A DNA stretch of 64,000 nucleotides from Antedon mediterranea (Eukaryota; Animalia; Echinodermata). The translations under genes and the position numbers were made by a program. Position 1 is the stretch's first letter, and each line of letters starts with the position of its first letter. Below are positions 13,001 through 23,029 of the stretch, piece by piece. The stretch lies in NCBI RefSeq assembly GCF_964355755.1, contig NC_092672.1:22519237-22583236 (forward strand), in the 5' to 3' direction. The notes under the pieces were generated by a model. That model searched no databases. It saw only the letters and a list, made by a program, of their open reading frames with translations, and was not told the DNA's origin.

Positions 13001-16000
13001 CACCCGGATGAAGGAGGTTTCATCCAGGGGGGGGGGGGGGGGGTCAACAATATTTTCTAGCATTATTATAAGCAAAAGTAAAATTACAAACAGTAAAGGA
13101 TTTGTTGTAATTCCTATAATGAAACCATTTAAAGCATCAGTTATTGCATCCTTTTATATAAGAATAACTTGTGTAGAGGTATGTAGTAATTAATAGTATT
13201 TCTGATCATCTTTTCACCAAATTTTCTGTTAGAATGAATGTAAATATGTATATTTCCAACAATTTGGTACCAAATTTAAGTTTCTACGACCAGTACTTAC
13301 AGAGATATTAAGATGCCCTGGTATGTGGGTCAAAGGTCAGAAATGGCATTTCTGATCATTTTTCACTAAAATGTCTCATTAGACTGAATATGAATACATG
13401 CCTTTTCAACATTTTGAGACTAAAATTGACTTGCTGCGACCAGTGGTTGCCAAGATACAAGTACCTATTTGTGTTTGTTCATATAACCTTTGACCCTGAC
13501 CCTTTGACCTTTTGTAACATTTTTCAAAATGTGCAACAAATAAATAAATGTATATTGCGAACATTTTAGGACCTAATTCAAGTGTCTACGACCAGTACTT
13601 ACGGAGATACATACATGCCCTCTGTAGTGGGTCAAAGGTCAGAAATGGCATTTCCGGTCATTTTTGACTAAATTGTCCCATTAGACTGAATATAGAATAT
13701 GTATACCTTCCGATCAATTTGAGACAAAAATTACCTTGCTGTGACCAGTGGTTGTCGAGATTTAAGGACCTATTGGTGTTTGGTATTATAACCTTTCACC
13801 CTGACCTTTTGACCTTTCCCCACATTTTCAAAATGTGTAACCAAGCCAAAAATGATTGTTTGACCATCCTAAACAAGTTTCTGAAGTCAAATTCTCTGGA
13901 CCTCAAAGTGCATACGAAAGTTGATCTAGCTACTAGAGTAATGTATGTATGTTTATTTTATTTTTGTGAATGTTTAAAGGTGTATGTACGATTTGCTGTG
14001 GGCAATCCGCCTCAGTGCAGTCCAGCATGCATATGGGGAAGCAAATAAAAGTTATTGGATTTGTACAACATCTTCTGTGGGTTTGTTTTGAATGTATAAC
14101 AGGTCAGTAAAAAGGCAAATACTGCACAACAAGATCATTTTCAAAAGAGTAAATAGGTTTCTTTCACTACAAACAAATATAGCTTTAATGTTTGTAAAAT
14201 ACCTGGCATAGAGTAACTTTGCAAGACAATCTCTCCTTGTATGACATTCATCTTTTAAGCAAGGTTTCATAAAGACACTCTTTCTACGCTTGTGAGATGC
14301 AGTGATTTGTCGGAATGCTAGACATCTAGTTAAGGCATCAACATCAAGACCAAGTAACTGTGCAGCAGCTTTAACAGAGGTGTCAACTCCTGGTGAAGCA
14401 ACATCAATAGTACAACAATATGATATATTGAATAATTAGTAAATTAGAAAATCTCTCTTTGGCTGAAATATTTTATCAACATTTTTTGAAGATGGAGAAA
14501 AATATTAATAAGATTATTTAAGATTTTAAAATGACATAATTATTAACGATATTTTTGTATATATTTTTTGGGCAACCTATCGTAATATTAAGCTATTCCT
14601 TATGTCTGTTTTTAGTTATTTTTCATATATTATATTATGGTAGAAATAAAAACAAATTAAAAAATACTAAAACGATATATAAACTGTTGATAGAATATTT
14701 TGAATCATAAATAAATGCCAATTTACTTTAGAATTAAAATTCTAATAAAATAAAAAAAAAAACCGTATTATAAATATAAGCTATTAAAACTTTAAGGTTG
14801 CAACTACTTTAAGCTAAACTATAAATACTGTATGCAATATTTGTATTGGTATAATAATTAAACACCATAACCTTTATATCATTTACCTTGTTTTCCAGAA
14901 TCAATTTCACATGGTCCAGTGACATCATCACTAATAAACTCTATATTTCCAAGATGAAGTATACCACTTAGAACCTACAAATAAACACATTTCAAATACA
15001 ATTCAATAATTCAAAAAATAGAATTATAACATTACTATTAGATTTATGTATAAAAAACATCAAAGTCTATTATCACTTATTTATATACTACCATATGGTT
15101 TTTCATTAAAGGCAAACCATAAATTTGTAAAAGTTGTTTTGAATCAATATACTATCATGATTGTAAAAACTAGGTAAAAGTTCACTGATGTTTACTGTCC
15201 ACATGTGCTGGATTAGTTCAACCAATGCATCTAAACACATTGCTTTGGTTCAGTTAGTTCACTGATGTTTACTGTCCACATGTGCTGGATTAGTTCAACC
15301 AAGGCATCTAAACACATTGCTTTGGTTCAGTTAGTTCACTGATGTTTACTGTCCACATGTGCTGGATTAGTTCAACCAAGGCATCTAAACACATTGCTTT
15401 GGTTCAGTTAGTTCACTGATGTTTACTGTCCACATGTGCTGAATTAGTTCAACCAAGGCATCTAAACACATTGCTTTGGTTCAGTTAGTTCACTGATGTT
15501 TACTGTCCACATGTGCTGGATTAGTTCAACCAAGGCATCTAAACACATTGCTTTGGTTCAGTTAGTTCACTGATGTTTACTGTCCACATGTGCTGGATTA
15601 GTTCAACCAATGCATCTAAACACATTGCTTTGGTTCAGCAGTTAGTTCACTGATGTTTACTGTCCACATGTGCTGGATTAGTTCAACCAAGGCATCTAAA
15701 CACATTGCTTTGGTTCAGTCAGTTCACTGATGTTTACTGTCCACATGTGCTGAATTAGTTCAACCAAGCCATCTAAACACATTGCTTTGGTTCAGTTAGT
15801 TCACTGATGTTTACTATCCACATGTGCTGAATTAGTTCAACCAAGGCATCTAAACACATTGCTTTGGTTCAGTTAGTTCACTGATGTTTACTGTCCACAT
15901 GTGCTGGATTAGTTCAACCAAGGCATCTAAACACATTGCTTTGGTTCAGTTAGTTCACTGATGTTTACTGTCCACATGTGCTGGATTAGTTCATCCAAGG

Positions 16001-19000
16001 CATCTAAACACATTGCTTTGGTTCAGTTAGTTCACTGATGTCTACTGTCCACATGTGCTGGATTAGTTCAACCAAGGCATCTAAACACATTGCTCTGGTT
16101 CAGTTAGTTCACTGATGTTTACTGTCCACATGTGCTGGATTAGTTCAACCAAGGCATCTAAACACATTGCTTTTGTTCAGTTAGTTCACTGATGTTTACT
16201 GTCCACATGTGTTGGATTAGTTCAACCAAGGCATCTAAACACATTGCTTTGGTTCAGTTAGTTCACTGATGTTTACTGTCCACATGTGCTGGATTAGTTC
16301 AACCAAGGCATCTAAACACATTGCTTTGGTTCAGTTAGTTCACTGATGTTTACTGTCCACATGTGCTGGATTAGTTCAACCAAGGCATCTAAACACATTG
16401 CTTTGGTTCAGTTAGTTCACTGATGTTTACTGTCCACATGTGCTGGATTAGTTCAACCAATGCATCTAAACACATTGCTTTGGTTCAGTTAGTTCACTGA
16501 TGTTTACTGTCCACATGTGCTGGATTAGTTCAACCAAGGCATCTAAACACATTGCTTTGGTTCAATTAGTTCACTGATGTTTACTGTCCACATGTGCTGG
16601 ATTAGTTCAACCAAGGCATCTAAACACATTGTTTTGGTTCAGTTACTAATAATATCACCACTAAGTTTAACCAGTTCTAATTAAGTAAAAGTTTCTTACT
16701 TTAAATAATTCTTGTTGCTGTGACCTGCTAAAGTCCAACATTAGCCATCGCTTACTAACTAATTAAGTAAAAGTTTCTTACTTTAAATAATTTTTGTTGC
16801 TGTGACCTGCTAAGTCCAACATTACACATTGCTTGCTTTGTAATTATAAAATCTTGTTTATCCTTTTGATTACATGCATCTTCTGAACGGTTTAGTTTCA
16901 CATAGTTTAAGTTGTCTGAACTCAATACGTTTGGTAGTAACCAGTTCCTCATTTCCCTTTCATTTCCGCCAAACAGCATCTATGATAATTTGAAAGAAGA
17001 AATGTTAATGATATTATTAAAAAGACTAATAATGAGAATAATATAAACTAATAATATATTTCATGCTTTGATAACATTAGTAGAGTGAGTGCTTTCTTGC
17101 CCTATATTACAAAATATTACAAAGTGAGTGACAATTTTTTTTCAAGATGTTTAATATCATCAGTACCAGAAAGATCCTTTTCACATCTGCCTACATTGAT
17201 CTCCAGACTTATTAGATCTTTAATATATTGCAGGGTTTTCTCTAACCTGCAGAAAATATGCAAATGTATCACAGTTCCAGCAGTTAAGTTAAACAGTTGG
17301 TTATCCGGTTTAAAGGTACACAAAAATGAAACATAACTAATACTAACTTGGTAAAAGATGTGAAAATTCCTGGCACCATCACATTGATAAACAACTCTAG
17401 TTTTCTCAAGAAGATATGTCTGAATAGAAGCACCAACAACATGATTTCCACTGAAAACAAAATTGGAAAGGTAAAATAAGAATTCCTCTTGTGTGTAATT
17501 TCATTCTTGCCTGCTATGACACACAAAATGGCATATGTAGAAACTCAAAATGCATGGCCTGTATACAGTATGTTGGTTGAACATTGACAAATAAAAATAA
17601 TGTATGAAACTTACCGACTGAATTGTAGCTGAATGTACTTTCCAAAGCGGCTACTATTGTGATTCCTGGTTGTGCTAGCATTGCCTAAAAAATGAAATAA
17701 TAGTTGTATAACAGAGATGGAGTTGTAGGGAGGTGTAGGGTACTGGGTGGCAAAAGATTAATATTACTGTATATATATATACTGGTGCAGGCCATCAAAT
17801 ATTGCCATCAATTGCAATTCTACTAGTCTTAATGATACCAAATCTGCCAAAAATTAAATTTGAGCATAAAATCTCACCAAATTCATATTTAGAACATACT
17901 GTAAGTTCCCCACTGCTGATCAACAGTTTTAGCCTATATAATAGGAGTTTAAAGGATTTTGGCACCATGACTGAAGGTTAAAGATATGCTAGAATTACAA
18001 AATGTAAAATCAGTACACAAACTGCTTTAAATTATCATTTTAAATTTCATTTTACATAAAGCGTTAATCAATTTTAGGTTAGGTGTAGCTTTATTTATTT
18101 ATTTTTAAATCAGTATGATACTTATTGACTTTTATATTTCAGTTTTCTCAGGGAAGAGTTAAATTACAATTTAATTTAACTCTTCCCTAGTTTTCTTGTA
18201 ATTTTAATGGTACACTATCATTATGCTCATTTTTATTTGGTTCTCATCTCTTTATCGACTGTTCTTATTCTATTTTTTCTTTATCTGTTGATGATAATGA
18301 TGATGAATATAGAAAATTTGATATATTGATATGATTTGAAAATGCTGATTTTGTATATTTAACAAAAATAAAGGTCCAACTTCTAGCGACCTTTCTTAGG
18401 ACCATAACAGTACATAGATGTTTTTACATTTGAGAATGACATGTGTATCTTACTGTACTTTATTAAAAGATAAACGTAATAATTACCAAATGCTTCAAGA
18501 ATAGGATTTGAGTCTAATATTCTACCTTCAATGCAATCTGCTGGTGATGGTGTAAAACCACTAAGAACAAAAAAGACAACAAGTTATAACAAATAAGTAA
18601 CAAAACAGAGACAAATCTATAATTATGATGAAATAAAAACTGTAATTTTACATACATGAGAGTGTTTAATGATATTAAATTAAATGTGTTTAATTTTCAT
18701 ACCCAGGGTTACATACTGCCACCGTTGTCAGATATTTTAGTAAACATCTTGCATTCCATGTCTGTAATAAAACAGTAATAAATAACAGATAACAAAAAAT
18801 ATTGACTAAACTGCCTTTGTGAAAATGGGTTGCCAACATTCCCTCTTTGCACGTCTGGCAAGCATTTAGTGACATTCAATAAATGCTGATTTTGTAACAG
18901 TGTCCTTTGAAACAGTAAAAACAAATTATAGCACTCTCTATTACTTGTCCATGCTTTTAGCCTCTCTATTTTTATTCAATTTTGGGCCTCACTAATATTT

Positions 19001-22000
19001 CAAAATAAAGAAGTGGTTTTGTAAAAAATTGACTGTGATTACATTGGTGAAAAGAAACGTAATTAACTGAAATTGTTGAATTACCTTTCCAGAACCACTT
19101 TCCCCGCTGACAATTATTGACTGATTAATCTTGTCTAGTCTTCTAGTAAGATTACACAATGCTATTTCTGCAACTCTAAATACATGTGGTGGGTTTGCCT
19201 GATAAAATATATAATATAAAATAAAGATATATATAATATAAAATAAAGATGTATATTCCCCAAAAAACATGAAAATGAGGATTAATAAAATCAAGCCATT
19301 TTGCTGTTTTAATAAAGTTATTAATTTTAAAGAAATAAAAAACACACAAATATAGTGGTTTACTTTAAAAAAAGACAAAATGAATGGTTAAATTTAACTA
19401 AAAGCCCATTTTCTGACAGAAAATGTGACTGTTAAAAAATTACAGTTTTTCAGGTAAATAATGTTTTTTTTTTCCAATTTTTGGTCAAAAAGTGAATAAC
19501 TACAGTATTATGTGACATAAAATGGCATATTCAGCAAAACAATTATCTTTTCAGGGAAGCTCAGCATATATCTCTAAGTTCTCACTTCTAAGTGCAACTG
19601 AGGACATATTAATATTTTTGCCCAATATTGAAGATAAAGTGAAGTCAAGATTTTAATAGTGATGTCACCAACATATAAATTTTCCTAAAAATCAATAGTA
19701 TACTAGCGAATCATTGTTTACCTTTTGATCACTATGGTAACGATGAATCATATGAACATCAAAATGTCCAGTTTCTTTGAAAGGATTTAAAGTAACAAGG
19801 GTGTTGCCAGTCTGAGTGTGGTATCTACCAGCTAAGTAGCGCTCACGTAAACAGTTCAGCACTATGAACAGAAAAACTTAGGTTAAGTAACAAGTGTGTT
19901 GCCAGTTTGAGTGTGGTATCTACCAGCTAAGTACCGCTCATGTAAACAGTTCAGCACTATGAACAGAAAACATTAGAAGTAACAAGTGTGTTGCCAGTCT
20001 GAGTGTGGTATCTACCAGCTAAGTACCGCTCATGTAAACAGTTCAGCACTATGAACAGACAACATTTTGTTAAGTAACAAGTGTGTTGCCAGTCTGAGTG
20101 TGGTATCTACCAGCTAAGTACCGCTCACATAAACAGTTCAGCACTATGAACAGAAAACATTAGAAGTAACAAGTGTGTTGCCAGTCTAAGTGTGGTATCT
20201 ACCAGCTAAGTACTGCTCAAGTGTGTTGCCAATATTTTGTCAAATTTTCTTCAAATTATTCGCTGTTCTACTCTAAAAATGTATTACTGAACTATCAATT
20301 TTATTTTAAAGTGAGTATTTAATTTGGAAAAATTTGAAGGAAAATGTTGGATTCATCCAAATTGTGGTCTTTGATCTCTAATTAGTTAGAGGGAGGCAGC
20401 AGCTAATGGTAAAAATAGGTGATCATCTGGCTTTAAATTAGATTGAGCTTTTAATTAAAGGGATCTTTAATAGGAGGAAGACCTGTATAGTACTAACAAC
20501 CATTGAAACATGTGTCTACTATTAATTCACTTACCAGCAGGTTCTGAGAGAGGATTAATCAAAACAAGATCATCTGTATTGATCCAATCTGTTTGAGTAC
20601 ACAGCACTGGATAGCCAGCATGACCACGTATCACAACCTCCTAGACAATGAAGTTACAAGCAATATTTAAAATACATTATATAGAATATTTAGTAGCAAG
20701 GTTGGGTTGTTGACATAGATGGTATGCTTCCCTCCCCTCCTTACCTCACAATTATATTTTGTGTCTATAATCTTGCCATCACTAAAACATGAATTAACAC
20801 ACGCTGGAACCCAAACCTCTTACCTGGCCATTAGATTTAGTGACTATAATCTTGCCATCACTAAAACATGAATTAACACACGCTGGAACCCAAACCTCTT
20901 ACCTGGCCATTAGATTTAGTGACTATAAACTTGCCATCACTAAAACATGAATTAACACACGCTGGAAGGAACCCAAACCTCTTACCTGGCCATTAGATTT
21001 AGTGACTATAAACTTGCCATCATTAAAACATGAATTAACACACGCTGGAACCCAAACCTCTTACCTGGCCATTAGATTTAGTGACTATAATCTTGCCATC
21101 ACTAAAACATGAATTAACACATACTAGAACCCAAACTTCTTACCTGGCCATTAGATTTAGTGACTATAATCTTGCCATCACTAAAACATGAATTAAGACA
21201 CGCTGGAACCCAAACCTCTTACCTGGCCATTAGATTTAGTGACTATAAACGTGCCATCACTAAAACATGAATTAACACACGCTGGAACCCAAACCTCTTA
21301 CCTGGCCAATAGATTTAGTGACTATAATCTTGCCATCACTAAAACATGAACCAACACACGCTGGAACCCAAACCTCTTACCTGGCCATTATATTTAGTGA
21401 CTATAATCTTGCCATCACTAAAACATGAATTAACACACGCTGGAACCCAAACCTCTTTTTCATTATGTATCCACACCATTAACCCCTGAAAGTACAGTAA
21501 ACAGTTCATTATTCAATTCAATCAACTTTTATTATCCACAATCTGATTCTTTTGGTTGTGGCAGACTCACAAATGTAAACAAACATTTAAAACAAACATT
21601 TAAAATACACATGTATACAAATTATTGCTAAAGAGTAATTTTTGTAAAGTCTAACAGCTTTCATAATAAATTATTCATTTGGAGCTTTGAGGACTAAACT
21701 ATGTATTGAAAAGAGGATGTGTTTCATTTTGAAGGATCTAATAGTAATTATTCTGTATATAAATCTTTATGTTAAAACCATTAATGAATACGTACATGTG
21801 TGACGTTTCAACTTGTTTTTAACAAGTCAGGGAATGACTATTTGTAATTTGTAATTTAGTCTGTGATTTTCCGAAGTTCTTTGCCTTTTTAGGGGGCGCT
21901 AATCTACAACTAGCAAAGCTACAGTACTCCTAGCAACTACTAACATCTAGTCAGTTGCCAGATGAAGACTTATTAAAAACAAGTTGAAACGTTGCACATG

Positions 22001-22286
22001 TACGTATTATTTTTAAACAATCTACTGACTTAAAGAAGGGCTAGACAGATGGAATTAGTAAATTAACCAGCCATGTGTGCGCAACCATTTCATTCCATGT
22101 TTTAATACCCTAATGAATAACTGTGCCAAGTGTCAGAATGTTCACTTCAGGTCTACTAAAGTAGGCCTACTACAGTATCATGACAGAGAGAATATCAACA
22201 GCATTTTCCTTTACCTTTTTGAAACGACATGCTGGTTTCTTTTTAACTTGTGGTGGAATGCATCTAGGCCTAGATTTAGTAATAAT
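350..22286 (-). CDS. MYO19: Unconventional myosin XIX-like gene, 21 spliced exons, start exon not located (overall span)
   Basis: Joined exons give P-loop [18 protein letters not shown] (MYO19-type continuation), switch [16 protein letters not shown], switch [54 protein letters not shown], three IQ-like motifs and a short tail. All introns are GT-AG with matching phases. Confidence 0.88.
1387..1529 (-). CDS. MYO19: IQ exon GFRGWKVRE...AARVIQYAM...NSDE
   Basis: Completes [11 protein letters not shown] and a third IQ-like motif; AG/GT boundaries. Confidence 0.9.
1629..1755 (-). CDS. MYO19: IQ exon LDKLEVARL...VIQIWWRK...AAVVIIQA
   Basis: IQ-like motifs; AG/GT boundaries. Confidence 0.92.
2425..2614 (-). 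CDS. MYO19: Converter exon [10 protein letters not shown]...[12 protein letters not shown]
   Basis: F..RY and FGKTKIFL motifs; AG/GT boundaries. Confidence 0.95.
2655..2967. repeat. Intronic minisatellite, ~77 bp x 4
   Basis: Repeated AAGTATGTTAGTAGGTGTTCAACATGTACAGTATG unit. Confidence 0.95.
3072..3137 (-). mobile_element. tRNA-derived SINE-like head (degenerate)
   Basis: Minus strand has A-box-like TGGTCTAATGG and B-box-like GGTTTGAATCT; anticodon arm is truncated. Confidence 0.55.
3444..3753. repeat. ~130-bp tandem triplication spanning a myosin exon 3' end and its splice donor
   Basis: GCTGACCTGGTAGGGAAGCCT.TTGCACTGATCTCAATTGTTTCAAG occurs three times. Confidence 0.92.
3713..3891 (-). 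CDS. MYO19: Exon [23 protein letters not shown]...[21 protein letters not shown]
   Basis: PHYIRCIKP and SH1/SH2-region motifs. Confidence 0.97.
4405..4461 (-). CDS. MYO19: Loop 2 exon [19 protein letters not shown]
   Basis: Basic loop 2 plus TV...FK motif; AG/GT boundaries. Confidence 0.88.
4630..4880. repeat. 11-bp minisatellite (GTTAGTATGGT-like)
   Basis: Degenerate tandem copies. Confidence 0.9.
4907..4999 (-). CDS. MYO19: Exon [22 protein letters not shown]...
   Basis: In-phase 93-nt exon; AG/GT boundaries. Confidence 0.88.
6169..6345 (-). CDS. MYO19: Exon QCKLNR...[22 protein letters not shown]
   Basis: F...HYA..V.Y motif; AG/GT boundaries. Confidence 0.93.
6926..7036 (-). CDS. MYO19: Exon [27 protein letters not shown]...
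   Basis: EGI.W...F.DN..C.D.IE motif; AG/GTAAGT boundaries. Confidence 0.93.
7374..7563 (-). CDS. MYO19: Switch II exon [10 protein letters not shown]...LLDVYGFE...[11 protein letters not shown]
   Basis: Canonical switch II and relay motifs; AG/GT boundaries. Confidence 0.97.
8749..11880. mobile_element. Non-autonomous long-TIR DNA element (inner), TAG..CTA ends, 3-bp TSD TAT, Academ-like
   Basis: TAGTAGAGGCTATAT...ATATAGCCTGTACTA; ~800-bp inverted arms. It interrupts a sub-repeat of the outer element whose uninterrupted copy is at ~8555-8580. Confidence 0.85.
10030..11064 (-). pseudogene. Decayed L2/CR1-group LINE reverse transcriptase fragment
   Basis: [37 protein letters not shown] and [11 protein letters not shown] motifs, broken by stops and frameshifts. 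Confidence 0.9.
14203..14389 (-). CDS. MYO19: Exon ...AAQLLGLD...[12 protein letters not shown]
   Basis: RD.LAK.LY.R motif; AG/GT boundaries. Confidence 0.93.
14887..14974 (-). CDS. MYO19: Exon [13 protein letters not shown]...
   Basis: ILHLGNIEF motif; AG/GT boundaries. Confidence 0.95.
15178..16644. repeat. 77-bp minisatellite, ~19 near-identical copies
   Basis: AGTTCACTGATGTTTACTGTCCACATGTGCTGGATTAGTTCAACCAAGGCATCTAAACACATTGCTTTGGTTCAGTT unit. Confidence 0.97.
16782..16979 (-). CDS. MYO19: Exon MLFGGNERE...QQQKLFK
   Basis: 198 nt open, phase 0 both sides, AG/GTAAGA boundaries. Confidence 0.85.
17348..17450 (-). CDS. MYO19: Exon [34 protein letters not shown]
   Basis: YLLEK.RVV and RNFHIFYQ motifs; AG/GT boundaries. 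Confidence 0.95.
17615..17684 (-). CDS. MYO19: Switch I exon [23 protein letters not shown]
   Basis: N.NSSRFGK motif; AG/GTAAGT boundaries. Confidence 0.95.
18487..18560 (-). CDS. MYO19: Exon [25 protein letters not shown]
   Basis: SNPILEAFG motif; AG/GT boundaries. Confidence 0.95.
18703..18761 (-). CDS. MYO19: Exon [20 protein letters not shown]
   Basis: MYO19-like TW..RCL.K after the P-loop; phase 2 donor GTATGA. Confidence 0.85.
19085..19198 (-). CDS. MYO19: P-loop exon [11 protein letters not shown]...[14 protein letters not shown]
   Basis: Canonical myosin P-loop; AG/GT boundaries. Confidence 0.95.
19722..19861 (-). CDS. MYO19: Exon [29 protein letters not shown]...
   Basis: Myosin L..RY....YT..G..LV..NPFK motif; AG/GT boundaries. 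Confidence 0.9.
19790..20230. repeat. ~93-bp tandem repeat made of a myosin splice acceptor plus exon 5' part
   Basis: AAGTAACAAG.GTGTTGCCAGTCTGAGTGTGGTATCTACCAGCTAAGTA...CAGTTCAGCACTATGAACAG; four full copies and one partial. Confidence 0.93.
20535..20640 (-). CDS. MYO19: Exon [10 protein letters not shown]...[13 protein letters not shown]
   Basis: AG/GTAAGT boundaries; DDL..NP myosin N-terminal motif. Confidence 0.85.
20765..21457. repeat. 79-bp minisatellite, ~9 copies
   Basis: TTGCCATCACTAAAACATGAATTAACACACGCTGGAACCCAAACCTCTTACCTGGCCATTAG unit. Confidence 0.96.
21787..22008. mobile_element. Inverted-repeat remnant, probably Penelope-like pLTR
   Basis: ~42-bp inverted arms; right arm has CAGATGAAGACTT...AAGTTGAAACGTTG, resembling a minimal hammerhead. 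Confidence 0.5.
22215..22286 (-). CDS. MYO19: Probable N-terminal internal exon ([24 protein letters not shown])
   Basis: TTTTTTTCAG acceptor, AAG|GTAAAG donor, 72 nt open, phase 0 into the next exon. No in-frame ATG, so a further upstream exon is implied. Confidence 0.6.
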
Positions 22287-22716
22287 CTGAAAAAAATAGC
22301 GAAATGCTAAATTTTTACAAACAAATTTTTATGAACATATAACCACTTGTGACCTAGCCTAGGCCTAGCTAGGAATTTAAATGGTTATTTGGCCCTATAT
22401 ACTACTATTATAGCCTAGCCTAGACAGGCCTGCCTACAGTACTAAGTACTAGGAACAGCTAGGCTAGGCTTTTGCAGAAAAGTGTAGTCGGTCTGATTTG
22501 ATTTGAATTGATTAGAAAATCATCATAAAAGATTTTGCAGGATAGCCCAAAAAGCTTAGGCCTAAATAAACATTCATCCCTTATAGTACCAAACAAATAT
22601 TGACCACAACCAGCAATCAGCAATGCTCCATACCGAACACCCGATTTTATCGGAACCAAAATAAAACGTTATCGATTTTACCATATCAAACATAAAACTA
22701 CCGCATTGGGCCCTGT

Positions 22717-23014
22717 TGTTGTGAACGGCGCCCGCTGGGTAAACAGACCACCCCTCCGACCGAACGAGGGCGTCGCCCCGATAGCTTGATTTGCATACAG
22801 GGGGTATGCAAATGTTAACGTGGGGCCTTGACGCCGGCCGAACCGAGCTATTCGAAGCAGGAACCAAGGAGAAACGGACGCAACCGGAATTGACAAAGAT
22901 ATTTGGATTTACTGCTTTCGGATACTTGTGTGATTTAGGACAAGCGGGACTGTTAAGGTAAGCCTAGTAGCTTTCATTATCAGGCCATTCCAGCACCGAC
23001 CTAAAATCACAACA
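22717..23014 (+). repeat. 5' LTR
   Basis: Identical by eye to 30224-30521; TG...CA ends with 8-bp terminal inverted repeats. Confidence 0.97.
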
Positions 23015-23015
23015 T

Positions 23016-23029
23016 TGGCGCTGCGAGCA
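23016..23029 (+). promoter_or_regulatory. Primer-binding site, probably tRNA-Ser
   Basis: TGGCGCTGCGAGCA lies 1 nt after the LTR; it complements a ...UGCUCGCAGCG-CCA end of the kind found in eukaryotic tRNA-Ser(UGA/CGA). Confidence 0.8.

Larger units (their letters stand above)
7788..13940. mobile_element. Non-autonomous long-TIR DNA element (outer), 3-bp TSD ATG, Academ-like
   Basis: TACTCTAGTAGCTAGATCAAC...GTTGATCTAGCTACTAGAGTA; ~800-bp inverted arms (7788-~8580 and ~13165-13940); ATG at 7785-7787 and 13941-13943. The family assignment is inference. Confidence 0.85.

Noticed and set aside
7767-14048. Paired similar ORFs on opposite strands (MRPKLPCC/MRQKLPCC; [18 protein letters not shown])
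   Set aside because: Mirror images produced by the inverted arms of non-coding TIR elements.
15178-16644. Possible CRISPR-like array (also 61667-62733)
   Set aside because: Units are contiguous and near-identical with no unique spacers; eukaryotic context with no cas genes.
22215-22230. ATG in the 22215-22286 exon as the myosin start
   Set aside because: ATGTCGTTTCAAAAAG ends in phase 1 and would be out of frame with the next exon.
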